DNA of 64,000 nucleotides from contig JAFGGC010000002.1 of NCBI GenBank assembly GCA_016930715.1, positions 126,059 through 190,058 on the forward strand, in the 5' to 3' direction. The translations under genes and the position numbers were made by a program. This document shows positions 8,480-18,832 of the stretch, piece after piece. This DNA is from Endomicrobiales bacterium (GTDB lineage Bacteria > Elusimicrobiota > Endomicrobiia > Endomicrobiales > JAFGGC01). A model generated the notes under the pieces. It searched no databases. It was not told the origin of the DNA and saw nothing but the letters and a program-made list of their open reading frames with translations. Numbering within the stretch: the stretch's first letter is position 1; every line of letters starts with the position of its first letter.

Positions 8480-11400
8480 ATGAAAAAATTCATCATCAAG
8501 TATTTCGTGGTGCAGGCGTCGTTGTTGTTCATAGTGACGTCCATATGGCTGACATATAATTATTTCTGGGTGCTGTCGGCCACGAAGAGATATTTCTCGA
8601 ACGCCTGCGAAGATTCCACCACAGTGCTGTCCGATATGATAACGAATAAACCGAACAGGAAGAGAATAAACAGGCAGCTTGACAAGCTTTCCGGCAATGA
8701 AGACATAGTGATGTCCGCCGTCATAAATGAGAGGGGGCAGATAATATACGCCCGGGGCATGCAGAAAAGGAACCAGGTGATATGGCCGCTTTACGCGAAG
8801 CTTCCCATAACGAAAGACAAGAAAATAGTCGGCTGGCTCAAGATCTGGCCGACCCCCGAGTTCATGTTTAAAAAATTTATCGAGCCGTCGAATATAGCCG
8901 CGATAACAACCTCCGTGCTTATCTGGTTTCTCGCGCTCCTGTTCTTTAATTACTTTTATTTTAGAAAACACGTGTTCGTTCCACTGAATGCCCTCGAATT
9001 GTTCGCCAAGAACATAGACAACGGGAACATGGAGGCCATCAAGGAGATCAGGACGGGCGAGTGGAGGAGCATTTTCGGCAAGCTTGACGTGCTCAGGGAC
9101 AGGATAACGGACACGGATTCCACCCTGAAGATGCTTTTTTCGGTCTCTCAAACGCTCACGTCGAAAAGCGAGGTCAGCGAGATTTTCAATCTCGTTCTGG
9201 ACATTATCAGGAAAAAATTCGCGGACATTACCTGCGCCATTTCAATGATGGGAGAAGACGGCTTCCTGAGGATCAAGAGCTACAGGGGGCTGACGCTGGA
9301 TTTCGCCAGGTCTGTCCACGTGAAGCCGGCGGACGGTACGTTTTCGCAGGCTTTTAACAAGCAGCAGGTGGTAGTGCAAAACGACATACGAAAAGCGGAA
9401 TCGACGCTGGCGAAGGTGGCGAGGGAACAGTATAATATCCGTTCTTTCGTGCACATACCGCTTGTTATCGACAACAACAGGTGCCTCGGCATCCTGACAG
9501 TCGCAAGCACCGAAGAAGGCTTTTTCAAAGATGAAAAGATCAACACACTGACGACGCTGGCGAAATACCTTTCCATCGCGCTCAGGAATTCCCAGCTTTA
9601 CGAGCGCGTCCAAGAACTCAACAGGCGCCTTGAGACCGAGGTGTCCATAACGACCAGGGAACTGATTCAGACGAATTCCAAGCTCATCCACAAGGTCAGG
9701 GAAATGAAGGCGCTTTCGGATATCGCCTCTTTTGCCGCGGCCAAGACAAATATGTCAGATATACTTGAGATGATAGTTGACAAGATAAAGGAGCTCATAG
9801 GGGTGCAGGCGGCCGGTTTTTTTCTGTACTACCCGGAACAGGATGAAATAAGCCCGTGCCCGCCGTTTTTCGGCATAGTCGACCAGGACCTTTCGGCCCT
9901 AAATATGAAGGTCGAGGAAGTGAAGGCCATCAAGACCGTCATAAGGGAGAACAAGAGCCAGATTTTCAACAACGCCGCGGAATCGTCGGATGCCGTGCCC
10001 ACGTTCTCGAAGCTGATAAGCATACATTCTCTGATACTGCTACCGTTGCGTTCGGGCAAAAAGAACATCGGCATACTCGGAGTGGCCAACAAGCTGAATT
10101 CTCCTTTCGCGGCAGACGACCTCAGGATACTGGAATTGATAGCCGACAGGATATCCGGCATAGTCGAGAACGTAAGGCTTTACCAGGAACTCGAAAAAAG
10201 ACTGCACGATCTCACCGTACTGCAGGAGATATCTTCGGCAATATCGAGCGAGCCCGTATGGGAAAAGACCCTTGCCAAGGTAATTTCCGCTACGACGCGC
10301 GCTTTCAATTCGGACCTTTGCGCCCTGCTTATGTTCAACGAAAAAACGAAGGAGCTCGTGACTCAGGAAGGCGCATATTTCACGGGCGGCGACGAAGCGG
10401 TATTGCTGAGGATAAGGGTTGACGACGCGAATTCTATGTCGGCGCAGGTGTTCCGTTCAGGGGAGCCTTTCATAAGCCCGGACGCGCAGATCGATCCGCG
10501 CATAAAAAGCCAGAGCGCCAGGCTTTGGGACGTGAGGTCGCTGATAATAGTGCCCATGGTCGTCGAGAACAGGGTGATAGGGGTTTTAAGAATAGGCAAG
10601 CATCACGCGAACGCGTATTCGAAGGACCACCTGAGGCTTGCCACGCTCATCGCGCATCAGGCGGCCATCATAATCGATAACGCGAAGCTTTATGACTCCC
10701 TCAGGGACGCCAAGAACGAACTTGAGAGGCTCAATCAGATTAAAAACGAGTTCATCTCGATGGTGTCCCACGAGCTGAGAACGCCGCTGACGGCCGTCAA
10801 GGGTTTCGTGAGCATCATTCTGCAGGGAGACGCGGGAGAAGTGAACGAGCAGCAGGCGAAATTCCTGAAAATCGCGGACCAGTCGATTGACAGGCTGACG
10901 ACCCTCATATCGGACCTGCTCGACATATCAAAAATAGAATCGGGCCAGATGAGGCTTAAGCGGACAAACGTCGAGGTAAGCGAGGTACTGAATTTACTGA
11001 CCGAAAGCGTTGGGCGCGAAGTGAAGGACAAGGGATTGAAGTTCAAGACTTCTATACCGGAGAAAACGCTTGGGATATTCGCCGACAGAGCAAGGTTGAT
11101 ACAGGTTTTTGAGAATCTGGTGCTTAACGCCGTTAAATTCACTCCCAGGGGAGGCGCCATCAGGATAGAAGCCAAGGACAAGGGCGATTTCATCCTCTTC
11201 AGCGTTTCGGACACCGGCATAGGGATAGAAAAGAAAGACCATCAGAAAATATTCGAGAAATTCTATCAGGTGGATTCAGGTTTCACAAGGACGACCAACG
11301 GTACCGGGCTGGGCCTCTCCATCGTTAAATCTATAGTCGAGATGCACGGAGGTGAAATCTGGGTTGAAAGCGAGCTGGGGAAGGGTTCGGTTTTCAATTT

Positions 11401-11494
11401 CAGCGTGCCGAGGGCAAGGGGGCCCGTCGCGGGCATTGAAGAACAGGCGATAGAGGCACAGGGAATAAAAACGGGTAAAAGCGCCGATATGTGA
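8480..11494 (+). CDS. Membrane-bound multi-GAF sensor histidine kinase
   Basis: N-terminal TM segments and several GAF-like repeats. H-box FISMVSHELRTPLTAV. HATPase_c boxes LNAVKF, DTGIGI and GTGLGLSIV. Confidence 0.85.
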   Translation: MKKFIIKYFVVQASLLFIVTSIWLTYNYFWVLSATKRYFSNACEDSTTVLSDMITNKPNRKRINRQLDKLSGNEDIVMSAVINERGQIIYARGMQKRNQVIWPLYAKLPITKDKKIVGWLKIWPTPEFMFKKFIEPSNIAAITTSVLIWFLALLFFNYFYFRKHVFVPLNALELFAKNIDNGNMEAIKEIRTGEWRSIFGKLDVLRDRITDTDSTLKMLFSVSQTLTSKSEVSEIFNLVLDIIRKKFADITCAISMMGEDGFLRIKSYRGLTLDFARSVHVKPADGTFSQAFNKQQVVVQNDIRKAESTLAKVAREQYNIRSFVHIPLVIDNNRCLGILTVASTEEGFFKDEKINTLTTLAKYLSIALRNSQLYERVQELNRRLETEVSITTRELIQTNSKLIHKVREMKALSDIASFAAAKTNMSDILEMIVDKIKELIGVQAAGFFLYYPEQDEISPCPPFFGIVDQDLSALNMKVEEVKAIKTVIRENKSQIFNNAAESSDAVPTFSKLISIHSLILLPLRSGKKNIGILGVANKLNSPFAADDLRILELIADRISGIVENVRLYQELEKRLHDLTVLQEISSAISSEPVWEKTLAKVISATTRAFNSDLCALLMFNEKTKELVTQEGAYFTGGDEAVLLRIRVDDANSMSAQVFRSGEPFISPDAQIDPRIKSQSARLWDVRSLIIVPMVVENRVIGVLRIGKHHANAYSKDHLRLATLIAHQAAIIIDNAKLYDSLRDAKNELERLNQIKNEFISMVSHELRTPLTAVKGFVSIILQGDAGEVNEQQAKFLKIADQSIDRLTTLISDLLDISKIESGQMRLKRTNVEVSEVLNLLTESVGREVKDKGLKFKTSIPEKTLGIFADRARLIQVFENLVLNAVKFTPRGGAIRIEAKDKGDFILFSVSDTGIGIEKKDHQKIFEKFYQVDSGFTRTTNGTGLGLSIVKSIVEMHGGEIWVESELGKGSVFNFSVPRARGPVAGIEEQAIEAQGIKTGKSADM

Positions 11495-11535
11495 AACAGT
11501 GCAATATACGGGCAGTAAACTAGAACGGAGGCAAG

Positions 11536-12351
11536 ATGGAAGTCGAACAACTTAAAGCCGTATCAAAAAACGTTCGGAAGGATATCCTGACCATGCTGAC
11601 AGAGGCGGGTTCGGGTCATCCCGGCGGAAGCTTGTCGGCGGTCGAGCTTCTTGTCGAGCTTTATTTCAACCAGATGAAATTTAATCCGGACAATACTACG
11701 GACCCCGGCAGGGACTATTTTATCCTGTCCAAGGGCCACGCGTGCCCGGTCCTGTATTCGGTGCTGTCGCAGTTGAAATGCGTTGACAACAAGGAATTAT
11801 GCACGCTGAGAAAACCGGGAAGCCGCCTGCAGGGGCATCCCGCCAAGGACAAGAACCTGCCCGGAATCGAAGTATCCACCGGTTCGCTGGGGTACGGCCT
11901 TTCTATAGGGGTCGGCGTGGCGCTGGGCATAAAATCGCGGCAAGGCGCCAACAGGGTTTACGTGATGATGGGCGACGGCGAGCAGCAGGAAGGATCGATA
12001 TGGGAAGCGGCGATGTCGGCCGGGCACCTGAAGCTTGACAACCTGTGCGCGATAGTTGATTACAACAACCTGCAGATAGACGGAAAAATATCTGACGTGA
12101 TGGGCGTCGAGCCGCTGGCGGACAAATACCGCGCGTTTGGCTGGCACACCGTAGAAATTGACGGGCATGATTTCAAGCAGATATCGAAAGCCTATGCGGA
12201 GGCGAAGTCGACGAAAAGCAGGCCGACGATGATACTGGCCCGAACGATCAAAGGCAAAGGCGTGTCTTTCATGGAAAACAACGTGGACTGGCACGGGAAG
12301 GTCCCGAGCAAGGAACAGAGGGACATGGCGCTGAAGGAACTTGAGAAATAA
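11536..12351 (+). CDS. Transketolase, N-terminal (TPP-binding) subunit
   Basis: GSGHPGGSLS, SKGHACP and MGDGEQQEGSIWEA. 271 aa, corresponding to the first half of a split transketolase. Confidence 0.9.
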   Translation: MEVEQLKAVSKNVRKDILTMLTEAGSGHPGGSLSAVELLVELYFNQMKFNPDNTTDPGRDYFILSKGHACPVLYSVLSQLKCVDNKELCTLRKPGSRLQGHPAKDKNLPGIEVSTGSLGYGLSIGVGVALGIKSRQGANRVYVMMGDGEQQEGSIWEAAMSAGHLKLDNLCAIVDYNNLQIDGKISDVMGVEPLADKYRAFGWHTVEIDGHDFKQISKAYAEAKSTKSRPTMILARTIKGKGVSFMENNVDWHGKVPSKEQRDMALKELEK

Positions 12352-12385
12352 TTCCGGTTCAAGGATTAGAAAGGAAAAATATACA

Positions 12386-13333
12386 ATGGTTGAGGTTTTA
12401 GGAAAAAAAGCTACAAGATTCGGGTTCGGCGAAGGGCTTCTGGAGTTGGGCAAGAAAAATCCAAAGGTTTTCGCGCTGGGGGCGGACACGGCCGCGTCGG
12501 TCGCCCTGAATATTTTCGCCGAGGCGTTCCCGGAAAGGTTCGTGAACGTCGGGGTTGCGGAGCAGAACATGATGGGAGTGGCAGCGGGGCTTGCCGTTGC
12601 GGGCTGGATACCGTATGCCGCCACGTACGGCGTTTTTGCCGCGGGAAGGCCGTGGGAGCAGATACGTACCACGATATGCTATTCGAACCTTAACGTGAAG
12701 ATCGGCGGTTCGCATTCGGGCGTGATGGTCGGTCCGGACGGAGCGACCCATCAAGCCCTTGAGGAAATAGCGATAATGAGATGCCTGCCCAACATGACGG
12801 TCATCGTGCCCTGCGACATGGTTGAAACAAAAAAGGCCACGATGGAGGCCTCCAGGATAGACGGCCCCGTCTACATCAGGTACGGCAGGGAATCCGTTCC
12901 GATTATCACGTCGGAGAAAACGCCTTTCAAGATAGGCAGGGCCGAAGTCCTGACCGAAGGAAAAGATGTCGCGATAATGGCCTGCGGAACTATGGTTTAC
13001 GAGGCCCTCGTCGCGGCCGAGGCGCTTGAATCGAAAGGTATCGGCGCGCGGGTCGTGAACGTTCACACGATAAAGCCCATAGACGAAAAAACAATAGCGG
13101 ACGCCGCCCGCGAATGCGGGGCGGTGGTCACCGCGGAGGAACACCAGATCCACGGCGGTTTCGGTTCGGCAGTCGCCGAAGTTCTCGTGAAGAACGCTCC
13201 GGTGCCCGTGGAAATGGTGGGAATAATGGATGTCTTCGGCGAGTCGGGAAATCCCGCCGATCTGATGAAGCATTTTAAACTGAAAGACACGGACATTGTA
13301 AGGGCGGTCGAAAAGGTTCTGAAAAGGAAGTAA
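12386..13333 (+). CDS. Transketolase, C-terminal (pyrimidine-binding) subunit
   Basis: GVAEQNMMGVAAGLA and GATHQALEEIA. Start moved to ATG 12386 (MVEVLGKK, purine-rich RBS) rather than ORF-track 12341. Confidence 0.9.
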   Translation: MVEVLGKKATRFGFGEGLLELGKKNPKVFALGADTAASVALNIFAEAFPERFVNVGVAEQNMMGVAAGLAVAGWIPYAATYGVFAAGRPWEQIRTTICYSNLNVKIGGSHSGVMVGPDGATHQALEEIAIMRCLPNMTVIVPCDMVETKKATMEASRIDGPVYIRYGRESVPIITSEKTPFKIGRAEVLTEGKDVAIMACGTMVYEALVAAEALESKGIGARVVNVHTIKPIDEKTIADAARECGAVVTAEEHQIHGGFGSAVAEVLVKNAPVPVEMVGIMDVFGESGNPADLMKHFKLKDTDIVRAVEKVLKRK

Positions 13334-13362
13334 GAGCCGGTTTTTGCTTCGGGATACAATTA

Positions 13363-14559
13363 ATGGGAAAAACCGTAAACCGTTGCGTTTTGATAGTCAT
13401 TGACAGTCTGGGCGTCGGGGCGATGCCCGACGCGGCGCAGTACGGGGACGAAGGCAGCGACACGTTGGGGCACATAATGGAAAAAATGGGGAAAGGGTAC
13501 GCGCTCCCGAACCTGTCAAAGCTCGGATTGTACAGGCTCGCGGGTAAGAAGCGCGGGAACGGCATCGTCGGAGCATACGGAAGGATGGCGTGCAAATCTC
13601 CGGCGAAAGATACCACCGCCGGACATTGGGAATTGGCGGGGCTGGTGCTGGAAAAGCCTTTTCCGACGTATCCGAAAGGTTTTCCGCCCGGGATAATAGT
13701 TGAATATGAAAAGAGGATAGGAACGAGGATTTTGGGCAACTACCCGTCATCGGGAACCGAAATCATAAACAAGCTGGGGGATGAGCACTGCAGGACCGGA
13801 TATCCCATCGTCTACACGTCGGCCGATTCCGTTTTTCAGGTAGCCGCGCATGAATCGGCCTTCGGGCTCGAGAGGCTTTATTCCGTATGTAAAACGGCGC
13901 GAGAGATGCTTGTCGGGAAACACGCGGTGGGACGGGTAATCGCCAGGCCCTTTGTCGGCGCGAATGGCGATTATACCAGGACATCGAACAGGAGAGACTA
14001 CGCGCTGTCGCCGTTCGAACCCACGGTGCTTGATATGATAAAGGAAGCGGGCGGCAGGGTCGTTGCAGTGGGTAAAATCGAGGACATATTCAACGGGCGC
14101 GGCATATCGAAGGCGGTCCATACCGGGTCCAACGGCGAGGGAATGAAGGCCATAATCCGGGAGATAGAGAGCACGGATATTTCAAAAAAAGCCGAACGCA
14201 CGCTGATATTCGCCAACCTCGTGGATTTTGACATGCTTTGGGGGCACAGGAGGGACGTGAGATCATACGCGCTGGGATTAAAGGAATTCGACGAGTTCCT
14301 GCCTTCCGTTCTTTCGAGAATAAAGGACGGGGATATCCTGATAGTTACGGCCGATCACGGCTGCGACCCGACCTTCACGAAACATACCGACCATACCAGG
14401 GAGTTCGCGCCGGTTCTGGTATACGGCGGAAAAACGGCGGGCCGCGACCTTGGAACGCGCGAGAGCTTCGCGGACGTAGCGCAGACGATTTCCGCGCTTT
14501 TCGGCCTTAAAAAAATGAAGCACGGAAAGAGCTTCGCGGACGAATTGGGGCTGAACTGA
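13363..14559 (+). CDS. deoB: Phosphopentomutase
   Basis: VLIVIDSLGVGAMPDA and VTADHGCDPT. 398 aa, alkaline-phosphatase-superfamily pentomutase pattern. Confidence 0.9.
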   Translation: MGKTVNRCVLIVIDSLGVGAMPDAAQYGDEGSDTLGHIMEKMGKGYALPNLSKLGLYRLAGKKRGNGIVGAYGRMACKSPAKDTTAGHWELAGLVLEKPFPTYPKGFPPGIIVEYEKRIGTRILGNYPSSGTEIINKLGDEHCRTGYPIVYTSADSVFQVAAHESAFGLERLYSVCKTAREMLVGKHAVGRVIARPFVGANGDYTRTSNRRDYALSPFEPTVLDMIKEAGGRVVAVGKIEDIFNGRGISKAVHTGSNGEGMKAIIREIESTDISKKAERTLIFANLVDFDMLWGHRRDVRSYALGLKEFDEFLPSVLSRIKDGDILIVTADHGCDPTFTKHTDHTREFAPVLVYGGKTAGRDLGTRESFADVAQTISALFGLKKMKHGKSFADELGLN

Positions 14560-14561
14560 AA

Positions 14562-15371
14562 ATGGAAACCCTTCTAAAGCTCAAAGAGACGGAAAGTTAT
14601 ATCAGGAACAAGACCGATTTGGTCCCTTCGGTTGGCCTGATACTCGGCTCCGGCCTGGGAGACGTTTTCGAGAGTTCCAGGGAAGACGTTGTTTTCAACT
14701 ACAACGAACTGCCTCATTTTTCCGGTTCGACCGTCGAGGGCCATTCGGGCAAGCTCATACTCGGCAAACTGGACGAGGTGAGCGTCGCCGTGATGCAGGG
14801 AAGGCTGCATTATTACGAGGGCTATTCGCTGGAGGAGGTCGTGTATCCTATAAGGCTGATGAAGCATCTCGGGATAAACTTCTTGCTCATAACTGCCGCC
14901 GCCGGGGCGCTGAACGTAAAATACCAGGTCGGCAATATCGTCATAATAAAGGACCATTTGAATTTCATGGGCGTCAACTGCCTCAGGGGAAAGCATTATC
15001 CGGAATTCGGCGAGCGCTTCCCCGATACGAAGAATATTTACGACGCTGATTTAAGGCGAAAGGCCGCCAGAACGGCCGTGAAACACAAGGTAAAGACGCG
15101 CGAAGGCGTGTATCTCGCCGTACCGGGGCCTTCTTACGAGACGTCAAGCGAGGTTAAAGCGTACAGAAAGCTCGGGGGAGACGTGATAGGCATGTCCGTT
15201 GTTCCCGAGGCGGTCTGCGCCAAACAGATGAGAACGAAGGTGCTCGCCCTTTCGTACGTTTCTAACAAAGCGGGAAGCGAAATGAAGCATTCCGACGTGG
15301 TTGAAACCGGGAAGGCCGTGAGCGCGAAAATGGCGAAGATAATTTACGATATCGTTAAAGAGCTTGGCTGA
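14562..15371 (+). CDS. punA: Purine nucleoside phosphorylase (trimeric PNP/MTAP family)
   Basis: GLILGSGLG, VEGHSGKLILG and GMSVVPEA. The start is 2 nt after the deoB stop. Confidence 0.85.
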   Translation: METLLKLKETESYIRNKTDLVPSVGLILGSGLGDVFESSREDVVFNYNELPHFSGSTVEGHSGKLILGKLDEVSVAVMQGRLHYYEGYSLEEVVYPIRLMKHLGINFLLITAAAGALNVKYQVGNIVIIKDHLNFMGVNCLRGKHYPEFGERFPDTKNIYDADLRRKAARTAVKHKVKTREGVYLAVPGPSYETSSEVKAYRKLGGDVIGMSVVPEAVCAKQMRTKVLALSYVSNKAGSEMKHSDVVETGKAVSAKMAKIIYDIVKELG

Positions 15372-15372
15372 A

Positions 15373-16677
15373 ATGACGGCATACGGCATAATATACAAGA
15401 AGAGGAACGGACAAGCGCTGGACAGGGGCGAAATAGAGTTCATGGTATCCGGTTACGCCGGCGGAAGGATACCCGATTATCAGATGTCCGCATTCCTGAT
15501 GGCGTGTTTCATAAACGGATTGAACGACGGCGAGACCCTGGAATTGACCGCGCAGATGCGGGATTCAGGAAAGGTACTGGATCTTTCGGACATTCCCGGC
15601 GTGAAAGTGGACAAGCACTCGACGGGCGGAGTAGGCGACGGAACCTCACTTGTCATAGCTCCCCTGGTCGCCAGCTGCGGTGCGGTTGTTCCGATGATGT
15701 CCGGCCGGGCGCTCGGCCACACGGGCGGTACTCTGGACAAGCTTGAGTCGATACCCGGATTCAAGACCGATATGACCGAAAGCCGTTTCAAGGAGCAGTT
15801 GTGCCGCATAGGCGTCGCGATGATAGGCCAGACCGAGGACATCGCGCCGGCCGACAAGAAGATGTACGAACTTAGGGACGTCACTGCGACCGTGGATTCA
15901 ATCCCGCTGATATGCGCGAGCATAATGTCCAAAAAGCTGGCCGAGGGCAGCGACGCCCTGGTACTGGACGTGAAAACGGGTTCGGGAGCTTTTATGAAAA
16001 AAGAAAAGGACGCCCGGACCCTTGCGAAAAAGATGAAAAGCATCGGCGAAAAGTGCGGAAAAAAAGTAAACGTTTATATAACGGGGATGCACCAGCCGCT
16101 CGGGAACGCGGTGGGGAATTCCCTTGAGATAAAGCAGGCCGTCGACGTGTTGAAAGGGCGCGGCCCGGAGGATTTCAGGTTAATTTGCCGCCAGATATCC
16201 GCTAAAATGCTCGTGCTGGCAAAAAAGGCGAATAGCATGAATGAAGCAAGAAACTTGGTTGACCGATCCATAGGTTCGGGCAGCGCGCTGGCGAAATTCA
16301 GGGAAATGGTTTCGATGCAGGGGGGGGACCCCGAAGTGGCGGATAACCCGGCGGGGGTATTGCCGAAGGCGGGTTACCGGGAAGATATAGTGTCTGAAAA
16401 AGGTGGTTACCTGGTTTACACTGAAACGGAAAAACTGGGTTTGAGCGCAAATATCCTCGGGGCGGGAAGGGCTAGGAAGGAAGACGGGATAGACCATTCC
16501 GCCGGATATGTCCTGCACAAGAAGACGGGGGACCGTGTGTCAAAAAGTGAACCTGTTGCCACGGCGTATTTCAATGACAAGGGTGCCTACGAGTCCGCAA
16601 GAAAAATGTTTATTTCGTCATACGTGGTTTCGACCAAAAAACCCGCGAAAAAACCACTGATGCAGTCTGAACTATGA
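15373..16677 (+). CDS. pdp: Pyrimidine-nucleoside (thymidine) phosphorylase
   Basis: KHSTGGVGD and SGRALGHTGGTLDKLE. I prefer ATG 15373, 1 nt after the PNP stop, over TTG 15364. Confidence 0.85.
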   Translation: MTAYGIIYKKRNGQALDRGEIEFMVSGYAGGRIPDYQMSAFLMACFINGLNDGETLELTAQMRDSGKVLDLSDIPGVKVDKHSTGGVGDGTSLVIAPLVASCGAVVPMMSGRALGHTGGTLDKLESIPGFKTDMTESRFKEQLCRIGVAMIGQTEDIAPADKKMYELRDVTATVDSIPLICASIMSKKLAEGSDALVLDVKTGSGAFMKKEKDARTLAKKMKSIGEKCGKKVNVYITGMHQPLGNAVGNSLEIKQAVDVLKGRGPEDFRLICRQISAKMLVLAKKANSMNEARNLVDRSIGSGSALAKFREMVSMQGGDPEVADNPAGVLPKAGYREDIVSEKGGYLVYTETEKLGLSANILGAGRARKEDGIDHSAGYVLHKKTGDRVSKSEPVATAYFNDKGAYESARKMFISSYVVSTKKPAKKPLMQSEL

Positions 16678-18806
16678 ACAAAAATCGGAAGAAGTGGAGA
16701 TTGTTGTCTAACGATAACGAAAGCGCGATAACTGAGATCGCGTCGGCTATCGGTTTATCGAGAACCGCCGCCATGGTGCTCGTGAACAGGGGTATCCGCA
16801 CGGCCAAAGAAGCCGAAGAATTCCTTTCCTCCGAACTCAGCCGGCTTCACAGCCCGTTTCTGCTTCCCGATATAGAGAAGGCGGTAGAGAGGATACGCAA
16901 GGCGATAGACAGCAATGAAAGGATCCTCATATACGGAGACAGGGACGTTGACGGCATCGCGGCGGTCAGCATAATGGTAAGGACGTTTCGTTCGCTGGGG
17001 GCTGATCCCTTTTGGCACATACCTTCAGACGAAGGATACGGATTGCACAGGGACGTCATCGATAAATACATTCAGAGGGGGATAACGTTCCTTATTACGG
17101 TTGACTGCGGGATCTCGGCGCTGGACGAGGTGGCATACGCTAAGAGCAAGGGGATAGACGTGGTAATAACCGATCATCACGAAACTCCGTCGTGCGGGAT
17201 GCCAGATGCCGTTGCCGTTGTTAATCCCAAGAGGGAGGATTCCTGCTATCCTTTCAAAGAGCTTGCCGGATGCACGGTGTCTTTCAAGGTTTGCGAAGCC
17301 CTGATGTATACTTTCGGGAAAAGTTACAACAAGAACATAGTGGCAGTGGACGTGAAGCAGGCGGGCCCGGGCGTGTTCGAGCTCGGCGCGGCTGTCTACA
17401 GGAACGGCGTGATGCAGGATAAACGAAGGTTCGCTCTTGACGCGGCAGGCGATTCCGCGGAAACGAAGAGAATAATCGAGGCCATGTTTTTGAACAGCAG
17501 GGTAATCCTGCGTGAAAGCGGGGCGCTGCGGTCGGCGGGGCTGGACGGAGAGTATGACACGGTTGAAATCACGGTTTTGATGAAGCAGTATTTGACTGGA
17601 GACGTCAAAACGGTCGACGAAGCGGTCAAATACTTCAAACTGGAAGAAAAAAATGGAGAGCCGGTCGTCGATGGGGCTGAGATGATATACGAGCTTTACA
17701 GCCGCCTCGAAAGAATGTCGGACCTGAGGATGAGTTTCTACGTGCACAGCCACCTTGACCTGATAGCCCTAGGCACGATCGCGGATATAATGCCGCTCAA
17801 CGGCGAGAACAGGGCGCTCGTGAAACACGGGCTGGTTTATATTGCCAATTCGAAAAAGGCGGGCGTGCAGAGGCTTTTTGAAAAGGCTTCGAGCAAGCAT
17901 AAAAACAAGTGCATAACTGCCAAATTTATTTCATGGAACTTGACCCCGATACTCAATGCCGCCGGCCGCCTGGGGAGGGCGGATCTCTCGTGCGAGTTGC
18001 TGATAACGGAAGACAAGGCCGTCGCCAACAAACTGATTTACGAGATAATGAAGCTTAACGATGAAAGAAGGGAGCTGCAGGCGGCAAACTACGAAGTCTT
18101 CCTGCCTCTTTTAAAACAGCAGTGCGACGTGGAAAAGGACAAGATATTCGTCGTGACGGCCGAGGGTGTGGAACACGGTGTGACCGGCATTATAGCGTCG
18201 CAGCTGGTGCGGCTGTATCACAGGCCCTGCATACTTCTGATAATTGAAGGCGAAGAGGCGATGGGCGCGGCAAGATCGGTTGAAGGATTCGACATAGCGG
18301 CCGCGCTGGATAAAATGAGCGACATATTGATAAAACACGGCGGGCACAGCCTGGCAGCCGGCCTTACGGTATCGGTCGACAAGATAGGTGAATTGAGGTC
18401 GCGGCTGAAGGAAACCGCCGAAGAAACACTGAGCCGGGCGGATCTCGTCCCGTCGTTCGAGATAGACATGGAACTTGATTTCGAGAACCTGAACAAGAAA
18501 CTGCTTGACGAACTGCTGATGCTTGAACCCTTCGGAATGGGGAATCCTTTCCCTCTTTTCTGCGTTAAGAACGTGAAGATAAGCGAATACGCCAGGATCG
18601 GCAACAACGGGGACCACCTGCGGATGAAAGTCACGAAGAACGGCGGGACGCGGATAGGCGCTATCGGCTGGGGGCTGGGGTACCTTGAAAAGGAAATAAA
18701 CGAATACGGATATATGGATATAGCGGTTCAGCTCGAATACAACAGCTGGCAGGAAAAAAGGAACCTTCAGCTTCTGGTTTGCGACCTCAAGCCCAGCGAG
18801 ATATGA
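16674..18806 (+). CDS. recJ: Single-stranded-DNA-specific 5'-3' exonuclease RecJ
   Basis: DHH motifs DRDVDGI and VITDHHE. DHHA1 motif GGHSLAAG. C-terminal OB-like region GNPFPLF...GDHLRMKV. The start overlaps the pdp stop (ATGA at 16674-16677). Confidence 0.85.
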   Translation: MNKNRKKWRLLSNDNESAITEIASAIGLSRTAAMVLVNRGIRTAKEAEEFLSSELSRLHSPFLLPDIEKAVERIRKAIDSNERILIYGDRDVDGIAAVSIMVRTFRSLGADPFWHIPSDEGYGLHRDVIDKYIQRGITFLITVDCGISALDEVAYAKSKGIDVVITDHHETPSCGMPDAVAVVNPKREDSCYPFKELAGCTVSFKVCEALMYTFGKSYNKNIVAVDVKQAGPGVFELGAAVYRNGVMQDKRRFALDAAGDSAETKRIIEAMFLNSRVILRESGALRSAGLDGEYDTVEITVLMKQYLTGDVKTVDEAVKYFKLEEKNGEPVVDGAEMIYELYSRLERMSDLRMSFYVHSHLDLIALGTIADIMPLNGENRALVKHGLVYIANSKKAGVQRLFEKASSKHKNKCITAKFISWNLTPILNAAGRLGRADLSCELLITEDKAVANKLIYEIMKLNDERRELQAANYEVFLPLLKQQCDVEKDKIFVVTAEGVEHGVTGIIASQLVRLYHRPCILLIIEGEEAMGAARSVEGFDIAAALDKMSDILIKHGGHSLAAGLTVSVDKIGELRSRLKETAEETLSRADLVPSFEIDMELDFENLNKKLLDELLMLEPFGMGNPFPLFCVKNVKISEYARIGNNGDHLRMKVTKNGGTRIGAIGWGLGYLEKEINEYGYMDIAVQLEYNSWQEKRNLQLLVCDLKPSEI

Positions 18807-18832
18807 AAACAGGGGAAAGCGAGGTAGTATAA

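Noticed and set aside
11536-13333. The split transketolase as an unusual feature.
   Set aside because: Two-subunit transketolases are a known arrangement in archaea and many anaerobic bacteria. This is not novel.
16674-18806. The RecJ length (710 aa) as evidence of a novel inserted domain.
   Set aside because: Bacterial RecJ proteins range from ~570 to ~790 aa. The extra sequence between the DHH and DHHA1 regions is within known variation, so I cannot claim novelty without an alignment.
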